A DNA stretch of 64,000 bases, taken from the NCBI GenBank assembly GCA_036559465.1, contig DATBTC010000063.1, positions 2,497-66,496 on the forward strand. The letters run 5' to 3'. Of this stretch, positions 11,653 to 24,087 are shown one piece after another. Each line of letters begins with the position of its first letter. Positions within the stretch are counted from its first letter, which is position 1. The position numbers and the translations under genes are program-made. The DNA is from Xanthobacteraceae bacterium. GTDB taxonomy: Bacteria > Pseudomonadota > Alphaproteobacteria > Rhizobiales > Xanthobacteraceae. Below the pieces are notes generated by a model. It saw only the letters and a list, made by a program, of their open reading frames with translations. It searched no databases and was not told the DNA's origin.

Positions 11653-13818
11653 TCAGCTCGCCGCTCCCGCCGCTCCCGGCTCCGCGGCCTGCTCGGCCTT
11701 CTGCTTGGCCTCCAGATCCTCGCCGGTCTGCTGGTCGACGACCTTCATTGAGAGGCGCACCTTGCCGCGCTCGTCGACGCCCAAGAGCTTCACCTTCACC
11801 TTGTCGCCTTCCTTGACCACGTCGTTGACCTTGTTCACCCGCCGCGCTGCGAGCTGCGAGATGTGCACTAGTCCATCCTTGGCGCCGAAGAAGTTCACGA
11901 AGGCGCCGAAGTCCATGACCTTAACGACGGTGCCGTCGTAGATCACGCCGACTTCCGGTTCCGACACGATCGACTTGATCCACTTCATCGCGGCGGCGAT
12001 CGACTCGGCGTTGGCCGAGGCCACCTTGATCGTGCCGTCGTCCTCGACGTTGATCTTGGCGCCGGTCTTCTCCACGATTTCGCGGATCACCTTGCCGCCG
12101 GTGCCGATCACTTCCCGGATCTTGTCGGTCGGAATCTTCAGCGTCTCGATGCGCGGGGCGTATTCGCCAAGCTCCGCGCGCGCCGCGTTGAGGGCCTTGG
12201 CCATTTCACCCAGGATGTGCAGGCGTCCGCCCTTGGCCTGGCTGAGCGCCACCTTCATGATCTCTTCGGTGATGCCGGCGATCTTGATGTCCATCTGCAG
12301 CGCGGTGACGCCCTGGTCGGTGCCGGCCACCTTGAAGTCCATGTCGCCGAGATGGTCCTCGTCGCCGAGAATGTCCGAGAGCACCGCGAAACGCTTGTCC
12401 TCCAGGATCAGGCCCATGGCGATACCGGCCGTCGCCCGCTTGAGCGGCACGCCGGCATCCATCAGAGCCAGCGAAGTGCCGCACACGGTCGCCATCGACG
12501 ACGAGCCGTTCGACTCGGTGATCTCCGACACCACGCGGATGGTGTAGGGGAAATCCTCCTTCGAAGGCAGGATCGGCCGGATCGCGCGCCAGGCGAGCTT
12601 GCCGTGTCCGATCTCGCGCCGGCCGGGAGCACCCATGCGGCCGGTCTCGCCCACCGAGAACGGCGGGAAATTGTAATGCAGCATGAAAGCTTCTTTGTAG
12701 GTTCCCTGCAGCGCGTCGATCCACTGCTCGTCCTCGCCGGTGCCGAGCGTGGCGACCACGATCGCTTGCGTCTCGCCGCGAGTGAACAGCGCCGAGCCGT
12801 GGGTGCGCGGCAGGAAGCCGGCCTCCGCGACGATTGGACGAACGGTAGACAGGTCGCGGCCGTCGATGCGCTTGCTGGTGTCGAGGATATTCCAGCGCAC
12901 GATCTTGCCTTCGAGCTCCTTGAACACGCCGACGACCTGCGCCATCGGACGCTCGGGGTTGTCGACGCCGCCCGGGAAGTAGTGCTCCATGGCTTTCTTC
13001 TTGACCGCGGCGACGGCATCCTGGCGTTCTGCCTTGCGCGGGATGGCGTAGGCCTTGCGCAGATCCTTCTCGACGACACCGAGCATTTCCTTTTCGAGCG
13101 CCTTGGTATCCGGCATTGCGAAGTCGCGCGGCTCCTTGGCCGCCTTCTCGGCAAGACGGATGATCATGTCGATGACCGGCTGCATATGCCGGTGGCCGAA
13201 CATGACGGCGCCGAGCATGATCTCCTCGGGCAGCTCCTTGGCCTCGGATTCCACCATCAGCACCGCGTCCTTGGTGCCTGCGACGACTAGATCGAGCTGG
13301 CTTTCCTTCATCTCGTCGAGCGTCGGATTGAGCACGTATTCGTTGTTGGTGAAGCCGACGCGCGCGCCGCCGATCGGGCCCATGAACGGCGCGCCGGAAA
13401 GCGTGAGTGCGGCCGAGGCCGCCACCATGGCGACGATGTCGGGATCGTTCTCCTGATCGTGCGACAATACGGTGATGATCACCTGCGTGTCGCAGCGCCA
13501 GCCGTCGGCGAACAGCGGACGGATCGGCCGGTCGATCAGGCGCGAGGTCAACGTGTCCTTTTCGGTCGGACCGCGTTCGCGCTTGAAATAACCGCCGGGA
13601 ATGCGGCCCGCCGCGTAGTACTTCTCGGTGTAGTTGACGGTGAGCGGCAGGAAGTCGATGCCGGGCTTCGGCTGCTTGGCCGCCACCGCGGTGGCGATCA
13701 CGGTGGTCTCGCCGTAGGTGGCGAGTACCGCGCCGTCGGCTTGGCGCGCGAGTCTTCCGGTCTCTAGGACGAGGCGGCGGCCTCCCCAGTCGATTTCTTC
13801 GCGATGAATGTCGAACAT
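11653..13818 (-). CDS. pnp: polyribonucleotide nucleotidyltransferase (PNPase)
   Basis: ORF 11653..13866 trimmed to [16 protein letters not shown]. Two RNase PH domains, then KH and S1 ([28 protein letters not shown]). Downstream of rpsO, the canonical arrangement. Confidence 0.95.
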   Translation of the reverse strand: MFDIHREEIDWGGRRLVLETGRLARQADGAVLATYGETTVIATAVAAKQPKPGIDFLPLTVNYTEKYYAAGRIPGGYFKRERGPTEKDTLTSRLIDRPIRPLFADGWRCDTQVIITVLSHDQENDPDIVAMVAASAALTLSGAPFMGPIGGARVGFTNNEYVLNPTLDEMKESQLDLVVAGTKDAVLMVESEAKELPEEIMLGAVMFGHRHMQPVIDMIIRLAEKAAKEPRDFAMPDTKALEKEMLGVVEKDLRKAYAIPRKAERQDAVAAVKKKAMEHYFPGGVDNPERPMAQVVGVFKELEGKIVRWNILDTSKRIDGRDLSTVRPIVAEAGFLPRTHGSALFTRGETQAIVVATLGTGEDEQWIDALQGTYKEAFMLHYNFPPFSVGETGRMGAPGRREIGHGKLAWRAIRPILPSKEDFPYTIRVVSEITESNGSSSMATVCGTSLALMDAGVPLKRATAGIAMGLILEDKRFAVLSDILGDEDHLGDMDFKVAGTDQGVTALQMDIKIAGITEEIMKVALSQAKGGRLHILGEMAKALNAARAELGEYAPRIETLKIPTDKIREVIGTGGKVIREIVEKTGAKINVEDDGTIKVASANAESIAAAMKWIKSIVSEPEVGVIYDGTVVKVMDFGAFVNFFGAKDGLVHISQLAARRVNKVNDVVKEGDKVKVKLLGVDERGKVRLSMKVVDQQTGEDLEAKQKAEQAAEPGAAGAAS

Positions 13819-13955
13819 ATTCGCTTTCTCTTTCCATGGCTTGCGGAGAGGGAAAGCCATGGGCAAGACGGCGAGACGCTCGCGCCGGCGCGCATGCGCG
13901 CTGAGCTTGGAGCGTCCGGCGATCCTGCCATGGCTTACTCTTCCGGGTTGATCGG

Positions 13956-13978
13956 CCGCGCGGAACCGTTCCGCGCGG
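13956..13978 (-). terminator. rpsO-distal GC hairpin (attenuating terminator / start of pnp leader)
   Basis: Perfect 10-bp stem CCGCGCGGAA-ccg-TTCCGCGCGG beginning 7 nt after the rpsO stop. No obvious U-tract, so it is probably leaky or a processing site. Confidence 0.5.
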
Positions 13979-13984
13979 AGCGGT

Positions 13985-14254
13985 TCAGCGGCGGATGTCG
14001 AGCTTGTCGATCAGCTTGCTGTAGCGCGCCTCGTCCCTCGATTTCAGATAATCGAGCAGGCTGCGCCGCTGCGAGACGAGCTTCAACAGTCCGCGCCGGG
14101 AGTGGTTGTCTTTGACGTGGGTCTTGAAGTGTTCGGTCAGGTTCGTGATCCGCTCTGTAAGGATCGCTACCTGCACCTCCGGCGAGCCCGTATCGCCCGC
14201 CTTCGTTGCATACTCTTTCACGAGTTCAAGCTTACGCTCGACCGTCACCGACAT
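13985..14254 (-). CDS. rpsO: 30S ribosomal protein S15
   Basis: ORF trimmed to [44 protein letters not shown]..., 89 aa. Confidence 0.95.
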   Translation of the reverse strand: MSVTVERKLELVKEYATKAGDTGSPEVQVAILTERITNLTEHFKTHVKDNHSRRGLLKLVSQRRSLLDYLKSRDEARYSKLIDKLDIRR

Positions 14255-14412
14255 CGGGGCGTCCTTTTGTTGGAGTTTTGGGAACGGCACAGCCGGGATG
14301 TCGTCCAGCAGTGTCGCCAACGCGCGCCTAGGCCCGCGTGATGCGGCGCAATATACATAGAATTGCGCCCGCTTCCAGCACTATATCCCCGCGCCAAACC
14401 TCGCCTTTCGGC

Positions 14413-15336
14413 TCAGCGCGGAAGGTTAAAGATACGCTTGGGCTTCAGCGAGCCTTCCAGCACCTCGGCGATCGCCACCAAGGTGCCCGCGCTCGACACC
14501 GAAACGGTCCCCTGCATGAGAGGGGCGTCGCGGCCGCGCAGCAGCACCGGCTGGCCGAGCATCAGGCGCTGTGCATCGGCGTGGCTGACGCTCAGGCCGG
14601 GCAACAGCTCGAGCCCGGTCTCGACACTTTCGAGCACCGCAAACAGCTCCGGCTCGCCCGCTTGCGCGAGCTTGGCCAATTGCGCGAGCGTCACCGCCTT
14701 GCTCTCGCTGAACGGGCCGACACAGGCGCGCCGCAGGCTCTCGACATGGCCGAGGCAGCCGAGCACGCGCCCAAGATCGCGCGCTATCGCGCGCACATAG
14801 GTTCCCTTGCCGCACTCGGCCTCGAGCACCGCGTGCTCAGCGTCGGGTGTTTCGATCAGCGCAAGCCGGTGAATTTCCACCGGCCGTGCCGCCAGCAAAA
14901 CTTCCTCGCCGCCGCGCGCCAGATCATAGGCCCGTTCGCCCTCGATCTTCAGCGCGGAGTAGCTCGGTGGCACCTGCGCGATGGTGCCGGTGAAAGCCGG
15001 CAGCGCAGCGCGGATCGAATCTGCATCGGGTCGCGCCAGACTGGTCTTCAGCGCGCGGCCCTCGGCGTCGTCGGTATCGGTTTCGATCCCCCAGCGCACC
15101 GTGAAGCGATAGGTCTTGCGGCCGTCCATCACGAAAGGAACCGTCTTGGTCGCTTCGCCGAGCGCCACCGGCAGCACGCCGGACGCCAGCGGATCGAGCG
15201 TTCCGGCGTGGCCCGCCTTTTTCGCGCGGAACAGACGCTTGACCGCGGCTACTGCCTCGGTCGAGGTGCGGCCGACGTCCTTGTCCAGCGCGATCCAGCC
15301 GTGCACGTCGCGCTTGTCGGTTCGCGGCGCGCTCAT
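14413..15336 (-). CDS. truB: tRNA pseudouridine(55) synthase
   Basis: 307 aa. [17 protein letters not shown] and [23 protein letters not shown] (catalytic Asp). The start overlaps the rbfA stop by 4 nt. Confidence 0.92.
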   Translation of the reverse strand: MSAPRTDKRDVHGWIALDKDVGRTSTEAVAAVKRLFRAKKAGHAGTLDPLASGVLPVALGEATKTVPFVMDGRKTYRFTVRWGIETDTDDAEGRALKTSLARPDADSIRAALPAFTGTIAQVPPSYSALKIEGERAYDLARGGEEVLLAARPVEIHRLALIETPDAEHAVLEAECGKGTYVRAIARDLGRVLGCLGHVESLRRACVGPFSESKAVTLAQLAKLAQAGEPELFAVLESVETGLELLPGLSVSHADAQRLMLGQPVLLRGRDAPLMQGTVSVSSAGTLVAIAEVLEGSLKPKRIFNLPR

Positions 15337-15749
15337 CGCGGCTTGCTGTCCTTCTTCGGATCGAGATCGCGCGCCACCTCCGGCGAGCGCAACAGCCGCT
15401 CGATGCGCGCCGCCTCGTCGAAACGCTCATCGATCATGAAGCGGATATCGGGCGCAAACTTCAAGTTGATCCGCCGCGAGATTTCGCCGCGCAGGTACTT
15501 TTTGTGTCGTTCGAGCGCAGCCATGATCTCGGCCTGGTCGCGTCCGCCGAGCGGCATCACATAAATCGTGGCGAGCCGCAGGTCCGGGCTCATGCGCACT
15601 TCCGGGACCGTGACGGTGTGGGCCGCCAGCACCGGATCGTGCACGTCGGCGCGGATCAGCATTTCCGAGAGCGCATGGCGCACCAGCTCGCCGACGCGAA
15701 GCTGGCGCTGGCCAGGGCCTTGCTGTTCTCGATCGCGATGACGCGCCAT
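15333..15749 (-). CDS. rbfA: ribosome-binding factor A
   Basis: ORF 15333..15788 trimmed to [10 protein letters not shown]..., with GGAGA 6 nt upstream. [14 protein letters not shown]...[19 protein letters not shown]. Confidence 0.85.
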   Translation of the reverse strand: MARHRDREQQGPGQRQLRVGELVRHALSEMLIRADVHDPVLAAHTVTVPEVRMSPDLRLATIYVMPLGGRDQAEIMAALERHKKYLRGEISRRINLKFAPDIRFMIDERFDEAARIERLLRSPEVARDLDPKKDSKPR

Positions 15750-15815
15750 ATACGTCTCCCCGGATTTGGACCGAGCCGAAGACGTCAAGCAGAAGACGTC
15801 GAGTTTACGAAAGGA

Positions 15816-18407
15816 TCAAAGCGAGCGCTGCACGGATTCGACGCGATAACACTCGATCACGTCGCCCTTGCGAATGTCCTCGAAGTTCTCGAACGACATG
15901 CCGCACTCCTGACCCGCGGCCACCTCGCGCGCCTCGTCCTTGAAACGCTTGAGCGTCGAAAGCTTGCCTTCGTGGATCACCACGTTGTCGCGGATCAGCC
16001 GCACATGCTGGCCGCGCTCGACCTTGCCGTTGGTGACCCGGCAGCCGGCAACCTTGCCGATCTTGGAAACATCGAATACCTCGAGCACTTCGGCGTTGCC
16101 GAGCATTGTCTCGCGCAAGGTCGGCGGCAGCAAGCCGGACATCGCTTTCTTCACGTCGTCCACGAGGTCGTAGATGATGTTGTAGTAGCGGATCTCGACC
16201 CCGGCCTGATCGGCGGCCGCGCGCGCTTCCTTGTGGGCACGCACGTTGAAGCCGATGATCGCGGCGTGTGCGGCGCCTGCCAGCGTCACGTCCGACTCGG
16301 AAATGCCGCCGGCGCCAGCATGGATGATCCGCGCGGCGACCTCCTCGGTGCCGAGCTTCTCGATCGCGCCGACGATCGCCTCGATCGAACCCTGTACGTC
16401 GCCCTTGATCACCAGCGGGAATTCCTTGCGGCCGGCGCTTTTCAGCTGGCTCATCATCTGTTCGAGCGAGCCGCGCATGGCGCCGCGCGCCGGCGACTCG
16501 CGCCGCTGGCGTTGGCGGTATTCGGTGATTTCGCGGGCCTGCGCCTCGCTCTCGACCACCGCGAGCCGGTCGCCGGCATCGGGCGTTCCGGCGAAGCCGA
16601 GCACTTCCACCGGCATCGAAGGCCCGGCCTTGTCGATCTGTTGGCCTTGATCGGTGACCAGCGCGCGTACCCGGCCCCATTCAGCCCCGGCCACCACGAG
16701 ATCGGTCACCTTCAGCGTGCCGCGTTGCACCAGAACGGTCGCGATCGGTCCGCGCCCGCGGTCGAGCTTGGCTTCGATCACCGTGCCCTCGGCGGCGCGA
16801 TCGGGATTGGCTTTGAGATCGAGCAGTTCCGCCTGCAGCGCGATCACGTCCAACAGCTTGTCGAGATTGGTCTTCTTGGTAGCCGAAACCTCGACTTCGA
16901 GGGTTTCGCCGCCCAGCGTCTCGACCTGGATTTCCTGCTGCAACAGTTCGGAACGCACGCGCTCGGGCTTGGCGTCCGATTTGTCGATCTTGTTGAGGGC
17001 GACGATGATCGGAACCTTGGCGGCGCGCGCGTGAGCAATCGCTTCGATCGTCTGCGGCTTCACGCCGTCGTCGGCCGCGACCACCAGCACCACGATATCG
17101 GTCACCTTGGCGCCGCGCGCGCGCATGGCGGTGAAAGCGGCGTGGCCGGGCGTGTCGATGAAGGTGATCTTGGCGCCGGATTTCGTGGTCACCTGATAGG
17201 CGCCGATGTGTTGGGTGATGCCGCCGGCCTCGCCGCCCACCACGTTGGTCTCGCGGATGGCGTCCAAGAGCGACGTCTTGCCATGATCGACGTGGCCCAT
17301 GATCGTGACCACTGGCGGCCGCGGCGCCAGATGCGCCGGATCGTCGGCGACGTCGAACAGGCCTTCCTCGACGTCCGCTTCAGAAACGCGGCGAACCGCG
17401 TGACCGAGCTCCTCGGCGATCAGCTGCGCCGTGTCGGCATCGATCGCGTCGGTGACCTTCAGCATCTGCCCCTGTTTCATCAGGAGCTTGATTACTTCGA
17501 CCGCGCGCTCGGACATGCGATTGGCAAGTTCCTGGATCGTGATCATTTCCGGGATCACGACTTCGCGGACGATTTTTTCCTTCGGCTCGTCGGAGGGCCG
17601 GTGGCCGGTGATGCGTTGCACCCGCCGGCGGAAGGCGGCGACCGAGCGCTGGCGTTCCTCTTCGCTGGCGAACGCGGTAACGACGGTGAGCCGGCCGCGG
17701 CGCTTCTCTTCGCCGCCGAGCGTGCGCGCGGGCTTGGCCGTCACTACGGTCTTGCCGCCCCGGCGGGTGGTGCGCGGGCCTTCTTCCTCTTCTTCGGCCG
17801 CCGCGGCGCGCGCGGGGCCCTTGCCCGGAACCGTCGGGTCGCCGCCGAAGCGCTTGCGGGCTTCTTCCTCGGCCTTGCGTTTTCTCTCTTCCTCGGTCGC
17901 GCGGCGGGCGTCCTCGTCACGTTTGCGCGTGTCGGCGGCCTCGCGCTCGGCGCGGTCGCCGGCGGCGAGGGCGGCGCGGCGGCGCACATCCTCCTCGGCG
18001 ATACGGCGTTCCTCCGCCTCGCGCACGCGCGCGTCGGCGAGCGCCTTGCCGCGAAGATCGCGCTCTTCTTCGGTGAGCGTCCTGAGCACGACGCCGGAGG
18101 GCTTGAGCCCGGCGGCGGGATCGGCGGCGGCGGCCTTGGTGGTCGCCGGTGCCGCTTTTGGCGCCGCAGTCGGCGCGGGCTGGGCCGGGACCGCGCGCGC
18201 GGTAGGCCGCTTGGACGCAGGCGCCGGATCGGGCTCGGAGCCGGGACCGACCGGGCGGCGCCTGACCTTCTCCACCACCACCTGCTTGGAGCGGCCGTGG
18301 CTGAAGCTCTGGCGCACGGTGCCGCTCTCGACCGAGCGCTTGAGCGTCAAGGTCTTGGGCCGCGCCGTGCTCAGGGTCTTTTCGCCGGTGTCCTTCGTGT
18401 CGGTCAT
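15816..18407 (-). CDS. infB: translation initiation factor IF-2
   Basis: ORF trimmed to [13 protein letters not shown]. Low-complexity Ala/Pro/Arg/Glu N-terminal region. G domain [26 protein letters not shown]. Confidence 0.95.
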   Translation of the reverse strand: MTDTKDTGEKTLSTARPKTLTLKRSVESGTVRQSFSHGRSKQVVVEKVRRRPVGPGSEPDPAPASKRPTARAVPAQPAPTAAPKAAPATTKAAAADPAAGLKPSGVVLRTLTEEERDLRGKALADARVREAEERRIAEEDVRRRAALAAGDRAEREAADTRKRDEDARRATEEERKRKAEEEARKRFGGDPTVPGKGPARAAAAEEEEEGPRTTRRGGKTVVTAKPARTLGGEEKRRGRLTVVTAFASEEERQRSVAAFRRRVQRITGHRPSDEPKEKIVREVVIPEMITIQELANRMSERAVEVIKLLMKQGQMLKVTDAIDADTAQLIAEELGHAVRRVSEADVEEGLFDVADDPAHLAPRPPVVTIMGHVDHGKTSLLDAIRETNVVGGEAGGITQHIGAYQVTTKSGAKITFIDTPGHAAFTAMRARGAKVTDIVVLVVAADDGVKPQTIEAIAHARAAKVPIIVALNKIDKSDAKPERVRSELLQQEIQVETLGGETLEVEVSATKKTNLDKLLDVIALQAELLDLKANPDRAAEGTVIEAKLDRGRGPIATVLVQRGTLKVTDLVVAGAEWGRVRALVTDQGQQIDKAGPSMPVEVLGFAGTPDAGDRLAVVESEAQAREITEYRQRQRRESPARGAMRGSLEQMMSQLKSAGRKEFPLVIKGDVQGSIEAIVGAIEKLGTEEVAARIIHAGAGGISESDVTLAGAAHAAIIGFNVRAHKEARAAADQAGVEIRYYNIIYDLVDDVKKAMSGLLPPTLRETMLGNAEVLEVFDVSKIGKVAGCRVTNGKVERGQHVRLIRDNVVIHEGKLSTLKRFKDEAREVAAGQECGMSFENFEDIRKGDVIECYRVESVQRSL

Positions 18408-19090
18408 TCGTTTTCCAGTTTCGAAGAATTGCCCGTGCTGTCGCCGGAAGAACCGGTGCGCCAGCTCACGAGGCGCAGCCAACGCACGAGAAATCCCCGG
18501 CTCGCCGGATGCGCGAGCAGGGCAGCATGTACCACATTTGACCGGCCAAGCGCCAAGTCCAATTGCTCTCCGCTGAGCGCGCGGACCCGCACTGGCGCTG
18601 CATTTCCGGCGCTCTCGGCGCGGGCGGCGACGCCGTCGAGCTTTGCGATCCCGTCGGCCGCCGCTTCGCGCGCATGCACGAGCGCGATCACGCTCCCGCT
18701 CGCAAGCGCCGCCTCGACCCGGGTGAAACCGTTGACGACCTGTCCCGCCTTGTTGACGAGCGAGAGCGATTCGAGCGCCGCCCGTTCCAACAGCCGCTCA
18801 ACCAGATCGGAAAGTTCTGGCGCGATCGTGCCCTTGCCTTGGAACGCGCGGCCGAAGGCCTTGCTCTTGATCGCCGCTTCAAGCGCGTTGCGCGTGGCGG
18901 TCACCCACGCGCCGCGGCCGGGAAGTTTACCCGCCAGATCCGGAACGATGGCGCCGTCCGGCGCCACCACGAAGCGCATCATTTCCTCGACCGGCTTCAC
19001 TTCGCGCGTGGCCAAGCAGAGCCGTTCCGGCGCGCGCCGTGCCGCTGCCGGGCCTTGGTCGGTTTCTTGCGCCTCGATTTGAGTTTGCAC
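18404..19090 (-). CDS. YlxR/DUF448-type RNA-binding protein with C-terminal L7Ae-like extension
   Basis: 228 aa between nusA and inf[19 protein letters not shown]...GRGAWV is the DUF448 core. Its stop overlaps the infB start (ATGA). Confidence 0.75.
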   Translation of the reverse strand: MQTQIEAQETDQGPAAARRAPERLCLATREVKPVEEMMRFVVAPDGAIVPDLAGKLPGRGAWVTATRNALEAAIKSKAFGRAFQGKGTIAPELSDLVERLLERAALESLSLVNKAGQVVNGFTRVEAALASGSVIALVHAREAAADGIAKLDGVAARAESAGNAAPVRVRALSGEQLDLALGRSNVVHAALLAHPASRGFLVRWLRLVSWRTGSSGDSTGNSSKLENE

Positions 19091-19102
19091 GGGCCATCAC
19101 CG

Positions 19103-20734
19103 TCAGCCTTGCGGCGCTGTCGTCGGCACCGCTTCGGCATCGACGTCGACTTCGATTTCAGCCGGCGGTTCCGGCGGCGTCAGCGCTGTTTCATCGACCC
19201 AGCCTGCCTTGACGCGCGCCTGCATGATCATCGCTTCGGCTTCCTCGCGCTCGAGCGGGAAGCCTTCGAGGAAGCCCGGATGGCGAATCGCCTCGCTCTC
19301 CTTGCGCTCGACCCAGCCGACCAGGTCGTCGGTGGCGCAACCGGCCAGATCCTCCACCGTCTTGATACCGTTCTCGCCGAAGGCAACCAGCATCTTGCTG
19401 GTGACGCCAGGCACTTCCTTGACCGCATCCTCGACGCCGAGCTCCTTGCGCTTGGCGTCGATCTCGGCCTCGAGCTTGGCGAGGTATTCCTGGGCGCGGG
19501 TCTGCAATTCGCCCGCGGTATCCGTATCGAAGCCTTCGATGCTGGCGAGTTCATCGACCGGCACGAAAGCCAGCTCCTCGATCGAGCCGAAGCCTTCCGA
19601 GGCGAGCAACTGGCCCACCATTTCGTCGACGTCGAGCGCGTCGATGAACAGCTTGCTGCGGTCGGCAAATTCCTTCTGGCGCCGCTCGCTCTCTTCCTGC
19701 TCGGTCATGATGTCGATGTCCCAGCCGGTAAGCTGCGAGGCGAGCCGCACGTTCTGGCCACGCCGGCCGATGGCGAGCGAAAGTTGCGCGTCCGGCACCA
19801 CGACCTCGATGCGCTCGCGCGTCTCGTCGAGCACGACCTTGACCACTTCTGCGGGCGCCAGCGCGTTGACCACGAACGTCGCCACGTCCTGCGACCACGG
19901 GATGATGTCGATCTTTTCGCCCTGCAGCTCGTTGACCACCGCCTGCACGCGCGAGCCGCGCATGCCGACGCAGGCGCCGACCGGATCGACCGAGGAGTCG
20001 CGAGAGATCACCGCGATCTTGGCGCGCGAGCCCGGATCGCGGGCGACCGCCTTGATCTCGACGATGCCGTCGTAGATTTCCGGTACTTCCTGCGCGAACA
20101 GCTTGGCCATGAATTGCGGGTGGGTGCGTGACAGGAAGATCTGCGGCCCGCGCGGCTCGCGCCGCACGTCATAGACATAGGCGCGGACACGATCGCCGTT
20201 CCGAAACACCTCGCGCGGCAGCAGCTCGTCGCGCCGCACCATGGCCTCGCCGCGCCCGAGATCGGCGACCACGTTGCCGTACTCGACGCGCTTGACGATG
20301 CCGCTGACGATATCGCCGATACGGTCCTTGTATTCCTGATATTGCCGGTCGCGCTCGGCCTCGCGCACTTTCTGCACGATCACTTGCTTGGCGGACTGCG
20401 CCGCGATGCGGCCGAACTCGAGCGGGGGCAGCGCGTCGGCGATGGTGTCGCCGATCTGGGCGGCCGGATTGTGCCGCCGCGCGGTCTCGAGTTCGATCTG
20501 GATCGCCGGATTCTCTACGGCCTCGACCACGAGCATGTGACGCGCCAGCCGAAGCTCGCCGGTCTTGGCGTTGATCTCGGCGTGGACATCGGTCTCCGCG
20601 CCGTAGCGCGAGCGCGCGGCCTTGGCGATCGCATCCTCCATCGCCGTGATGACGATCGAGCGGTCGATCGACTTCTCGCGGGCGACCGCTTCGGCGATCT
20701 GCAGCAACTCGAGCCGGTTTGCACTGACGGCCAT
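19103..20734 (-). CDS. nusA: transcription termination/antitermination factor NusA
   Basis: 543 aa. N-terminal [23 protein letters not shown], then S1 and two KH domains, then a C-terminal acidic repeat region. Confidence 0.95.
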   Translation of the reverse strand: MAVSANRLELLQIAEAVAREKSIDRSIVITAMEDAIAKAARSRYGAETDVHAEINAKTGELRLARHMLVVEAVENPAIQIELETARRHNPAAQIGDTIADALPPLEFGRIAAQSAKQVIVQKVREAERDRQYQEYKDRIGDIVSGIVKRVEYGNVVADLGRGEAMVRRDELLPREVFRNGDRVRAYVYDVRREPRGPQIFLSRTHPQFMAKLFAQEVPEIYDGIVEIKAVARDPGSRAKIAVISRDSSVDPVGACVGMRGSRVQAVVNELQGEKIDIIPWSQDVATFVVNALAPAEVVKVVLDETRERIEVVVPDAQLSLAIGRRGQNVRLASQLTGWDIDIMTEQEESERRQKEFADRSKLFIDALDVDEMVGQLLASEGFGSIEELAFVPVDELASIEGFDTDTAGELQTRAQEYLAKLEAEIDAKRKELGVEDAVKEVPGVTSKMLVAFGENGIKTVEDLAGCATDDLVGWVERKESEAIRHPGFLEGFPLEREEAEAMIMQARVKAGWVDETALTPPEPPAEIEVDVDAEAVPTTAPQG

Positions 20735-20751
20735 TTCAATCTCTCCTGACT

Positions 20752-21360
20752 TCAGACCCGGCCTTCGGCGGCCGTGCTTTGGGGTTCATTGTGCGCGGCT
20801 TGTTTGCTGCGCTTGAGCGCCTGGGCGACCAGCTCATCGGTGAGCACCAGCTTCGCCTCGGCGATATCGTCGAACGGCAACAAGACAGTCTCGGTTACCG
20901 CTTCGCGCGTTTCAAAGCGAAGCTTCGCGCCATTGCCTTCGGCGCCGAGCAGCTCGCCGCGGAAGCGCTTGCGGCCGGCAATGCCGGTCGCCATCTCGAC
21001 CTTGATCTCGTGGCCGGCGTAGCGCTCGAAATCGGAGCGTCGCGCCAACGGTCGGTCGATGCCGGGCGAGGACAGCTCTAACCGATAGGCGCCCGGGATC
21101 GGATCTTCCACATCGAACGCAGGCGACAGCGTACGGCTCGCCAGCTGGCAGTCCTCGATCGTGAAGCTGCCGTCGGGCCGCTCGGCCATGATCTGCACCG
21201 TGCAGCCGTCGCGGCCGGAGACCCGGATGCGCACCAGGCGGAATCCGAGACCTGCGAGCACCGGCGCCGCGATCGCGGCGAGACGGGCGGCAAGGCCCGT
21301 CTCCGCGATCAGGCGCGGCTCGTCGAGTGCGGAAGCGGCAAATGTTTCCGTCGTGTTCAT
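20752..21360 (-). CDS. rimP: ribosome maturation factor RimP
   Basis: ORF trimmed to [10 protein letters not shown]... . LEVSSPG-type motif present as [12 protein letters not shown]. Directly upstream of nusA. Confidence 0.85.
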   Translation of the reverse strand: MNTTETFAASALDEPRLIAETGLAARLAAIAAPVLAGLGFRLVRIRVSGRDGCTVQIMAERPDGSFTIEDCQLASRTLSPAFDVEDPIPGAYRLELSSPGIDRPLARRSDFERYAGHEIKVEMATGIAGRKRFRGELLGAEGNGAKLRFETREAVTETVLLPFDDIAEAKLVLTDELVAQALKRSKQAAHNEPQSTAAEGRV

Positions 21361-21390
21361 CGCTCTGGCGCGCCTTGCGCGCGGGCTAAC

Positions 21391-21422
21391 AAAAAAGAGC
21401 GGGTCCCGGTCGGGGCCCACTC
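21391..21422 (-). terminator. rho-independent terminator of trmB
   Basis: On the minus strand GAGUGGGCCCC-gacc-GGGACCCGCUC (10 of 11 pairs including one G-U, with one mismatch), followed by TTTTTT. Confidence 0.7.
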
Positions 21423-21504
21423 TCCACGTTCGATCCGAGGATCGCGTTGAGATGTACGTTCTTGTTTTGGGAATATAGCGCAGGCCGCGCGCGGCGCAAG
21501 CCCT

Positions 21505-22203
21505 TCAGAGGCGCTGAAAGCGCAAATAAGTTGGCTTTCGGCCAACAGTTAACGCCTTGGCCTCGTAGCGCGTGCTCGGAAACTCCGCCCAGGGCAGCCG
21601 CCAGTCGTCGGCTCGCTCGGCGGTCCAGGCGAGACCCGGCGCGCGGAGCAAGCGCAACAGCGCCCATTCCGCGTAGCTCGCAATGTCGGTGGCGAAGCGG
21701 AGTTCTCCGCTTGGCGCAAGAATTTTCGCCAGCCGCGCCACGCGCTGATCGGAAATGAAGCGGCGCTTCCAGTGACGCCGCTTGGGCCAGGGATCGGGAT
21801 AGAGAATGTCGATGCGCGAAAGCGATGCCTCCGGCAGCCACTCGATCAGGCCGAGTGCGTCGCCGTAGTGCAGTCGGATGTTTTTCAGGCCCTCGGCCTC
21901 GATTACGGCGAGCGCGCGCGCCATGCCGTTTTGATAAGGCTCGCAGCCGATAAAACCTATGCCGGGATTTTGCCGCGCCTCGTGCAGCAGATGCTCGCCA
22001 CCGCCAAAGCCGATCTCGAGCCGGACCAGTTCGACCGGGACCGCAAACAGCGCGCGCAAATCCGAAGCGGGCTTCGAAAGATCGAGGGCGAGGGCGGGTA
22101 GCACCTCGCTCATGAGCCGGGACTGGCCCGGCCGCAATTTGTGGCCTTTGCGCCGGCCGAAAAAGGCCCCGCGCTGCGGTTCCCGCTGCTCGTCTGTCGT
22201 CAT
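21505..22203 (-). CDS. trmB: tRNA (guanine-N7)-methyltransferase
   Basis: 232 aa. EIGFGGGEHL (SAM-binding) and ILYPDPWPKRRHWKRRF. Confidence 0.9.
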   Translation of the reverse strand: MTTDEQREPQRGAFFGRRKGHKLRPGQSRLMSEVLPALALDLSKPASDLRALFAVPVELVRLEIGFGGGEHLLHEARQNPGIGFIGCEPYQNGMARALAVIEAEGLKNIRLHYGDALGLIEWLPEASLSRIDILYPDPWPKRRHWKRRFISDQRVARLAKILAPSGELRFATDIASYAEWALLRLLRAPGLAWTAERADDWRLPWAEFPSTRYEAKALTVGRKPTYLRFQRL

Positions 22204-22257
22204 GGCGTCGGTATCGTCCGCCAGACGACCTTTCGTTTCAATGACGAACGGAATTCC

Positions 22258-23451
<1,194 letters not shown>

Positions 23452-23584
23452 TTTGCGCCACCCCTCTACTCGGAAAAGCATCGCCGCGACCGCGAGCGCT
23501 CGCGGCGGTTCTTGCAGCGTCCGTTTACGCGGTCAAGATGTGGGCTGAATGGGCGCAGGCCCGCGAAATGCGGGGCAAACGCGA

Positions 23585-24010
23585 TCAGCGGTCGTCGTCG
23601 TTGGCGATGGATTGGACCAGATCGACGATGCGGCGGCGCACCTTGGCGTCCTTGACCTTCATGAAAGCCTTGGTCAGCGCCAGCCCATCGGAGGTCGCGA
23701 GGAAGTCGGAAACATAGGCCGGCGAGGGCGATTCGGAGAGCCCTGACGACATCGAATCCGGCGTGGGCGCGCCTTCGAAGAAGAACCCCACCGGAACCGA
23801 AAGCACCAGCGCGATCTGCTGCAGGCGCGAGGCGCCGATCCGGTTGGTGCCTTTCTCGTACTTCTGAATCTGCTGGAAGGTGATGCCGAGTTTGTCGCCG
23901 AGCTTCTCCTGCGACATGGAGACCATCATGCGGCGCATGCGCACGCGCGTGCCGACGTGTCTGTCGATCGGGTTCGGCGACTTCTTGGAAATCTTTTTTT
24001 CTGGGGACAT
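23585..24010 (-). CDS. XRE-family helix-turn-helix transcriptional regulator
   Basis: ORF trimmed to MSPEKKISKK, 141 aa. HTH segment SQEKLGDKLGITFQQIQKYEKGTNRI. Confidence 0.8.
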   Translation of the reverse strand: MSPEKKISKKSPNPIDRHVGTRVRMRRMMVSMSQEKLGDKLGITFQQIQKYEKGTNRIGASRLQQIALVLSVPVGFFFEGAPTPDSMSSGLSESPSPAYVSDFLATSDGLALTKAFMKVKDAKVRRRIVDLVQSIANDDDR

Positions 24011-24087
24011 GCGGGCCAAACTACCCCGATCGCGGGTGCGGCGAAAGCGCCGAGCGCCATCACGCCTGCGACTTGTGCGCGCATCCC

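Noticed and set aside
15504-19082. 1192-aa ORF on the plus strand
   Set aside because: It is antisense to rbfA-infB-ylxR, all of which have unmistakable family motifs on the minus strand. The product is low-complexity Arg/Ala/Gly-rich, as expected for antisense frames in ~65% GC DNA, where stop codons are rare.
23452-23584. Possible SAM riboswitch or attenuator in the metK leader, including a 16-nt palindrome CCGCGAGCGCTCGCGG (23490-23505)
   Set aside because: I could not recognise SAM-II, SAM-V or SAM/SAH consensus elements by eye. The palindrome alone is not diagnostic. A covariance-model scan (Rfam/Infernal) would be needed.
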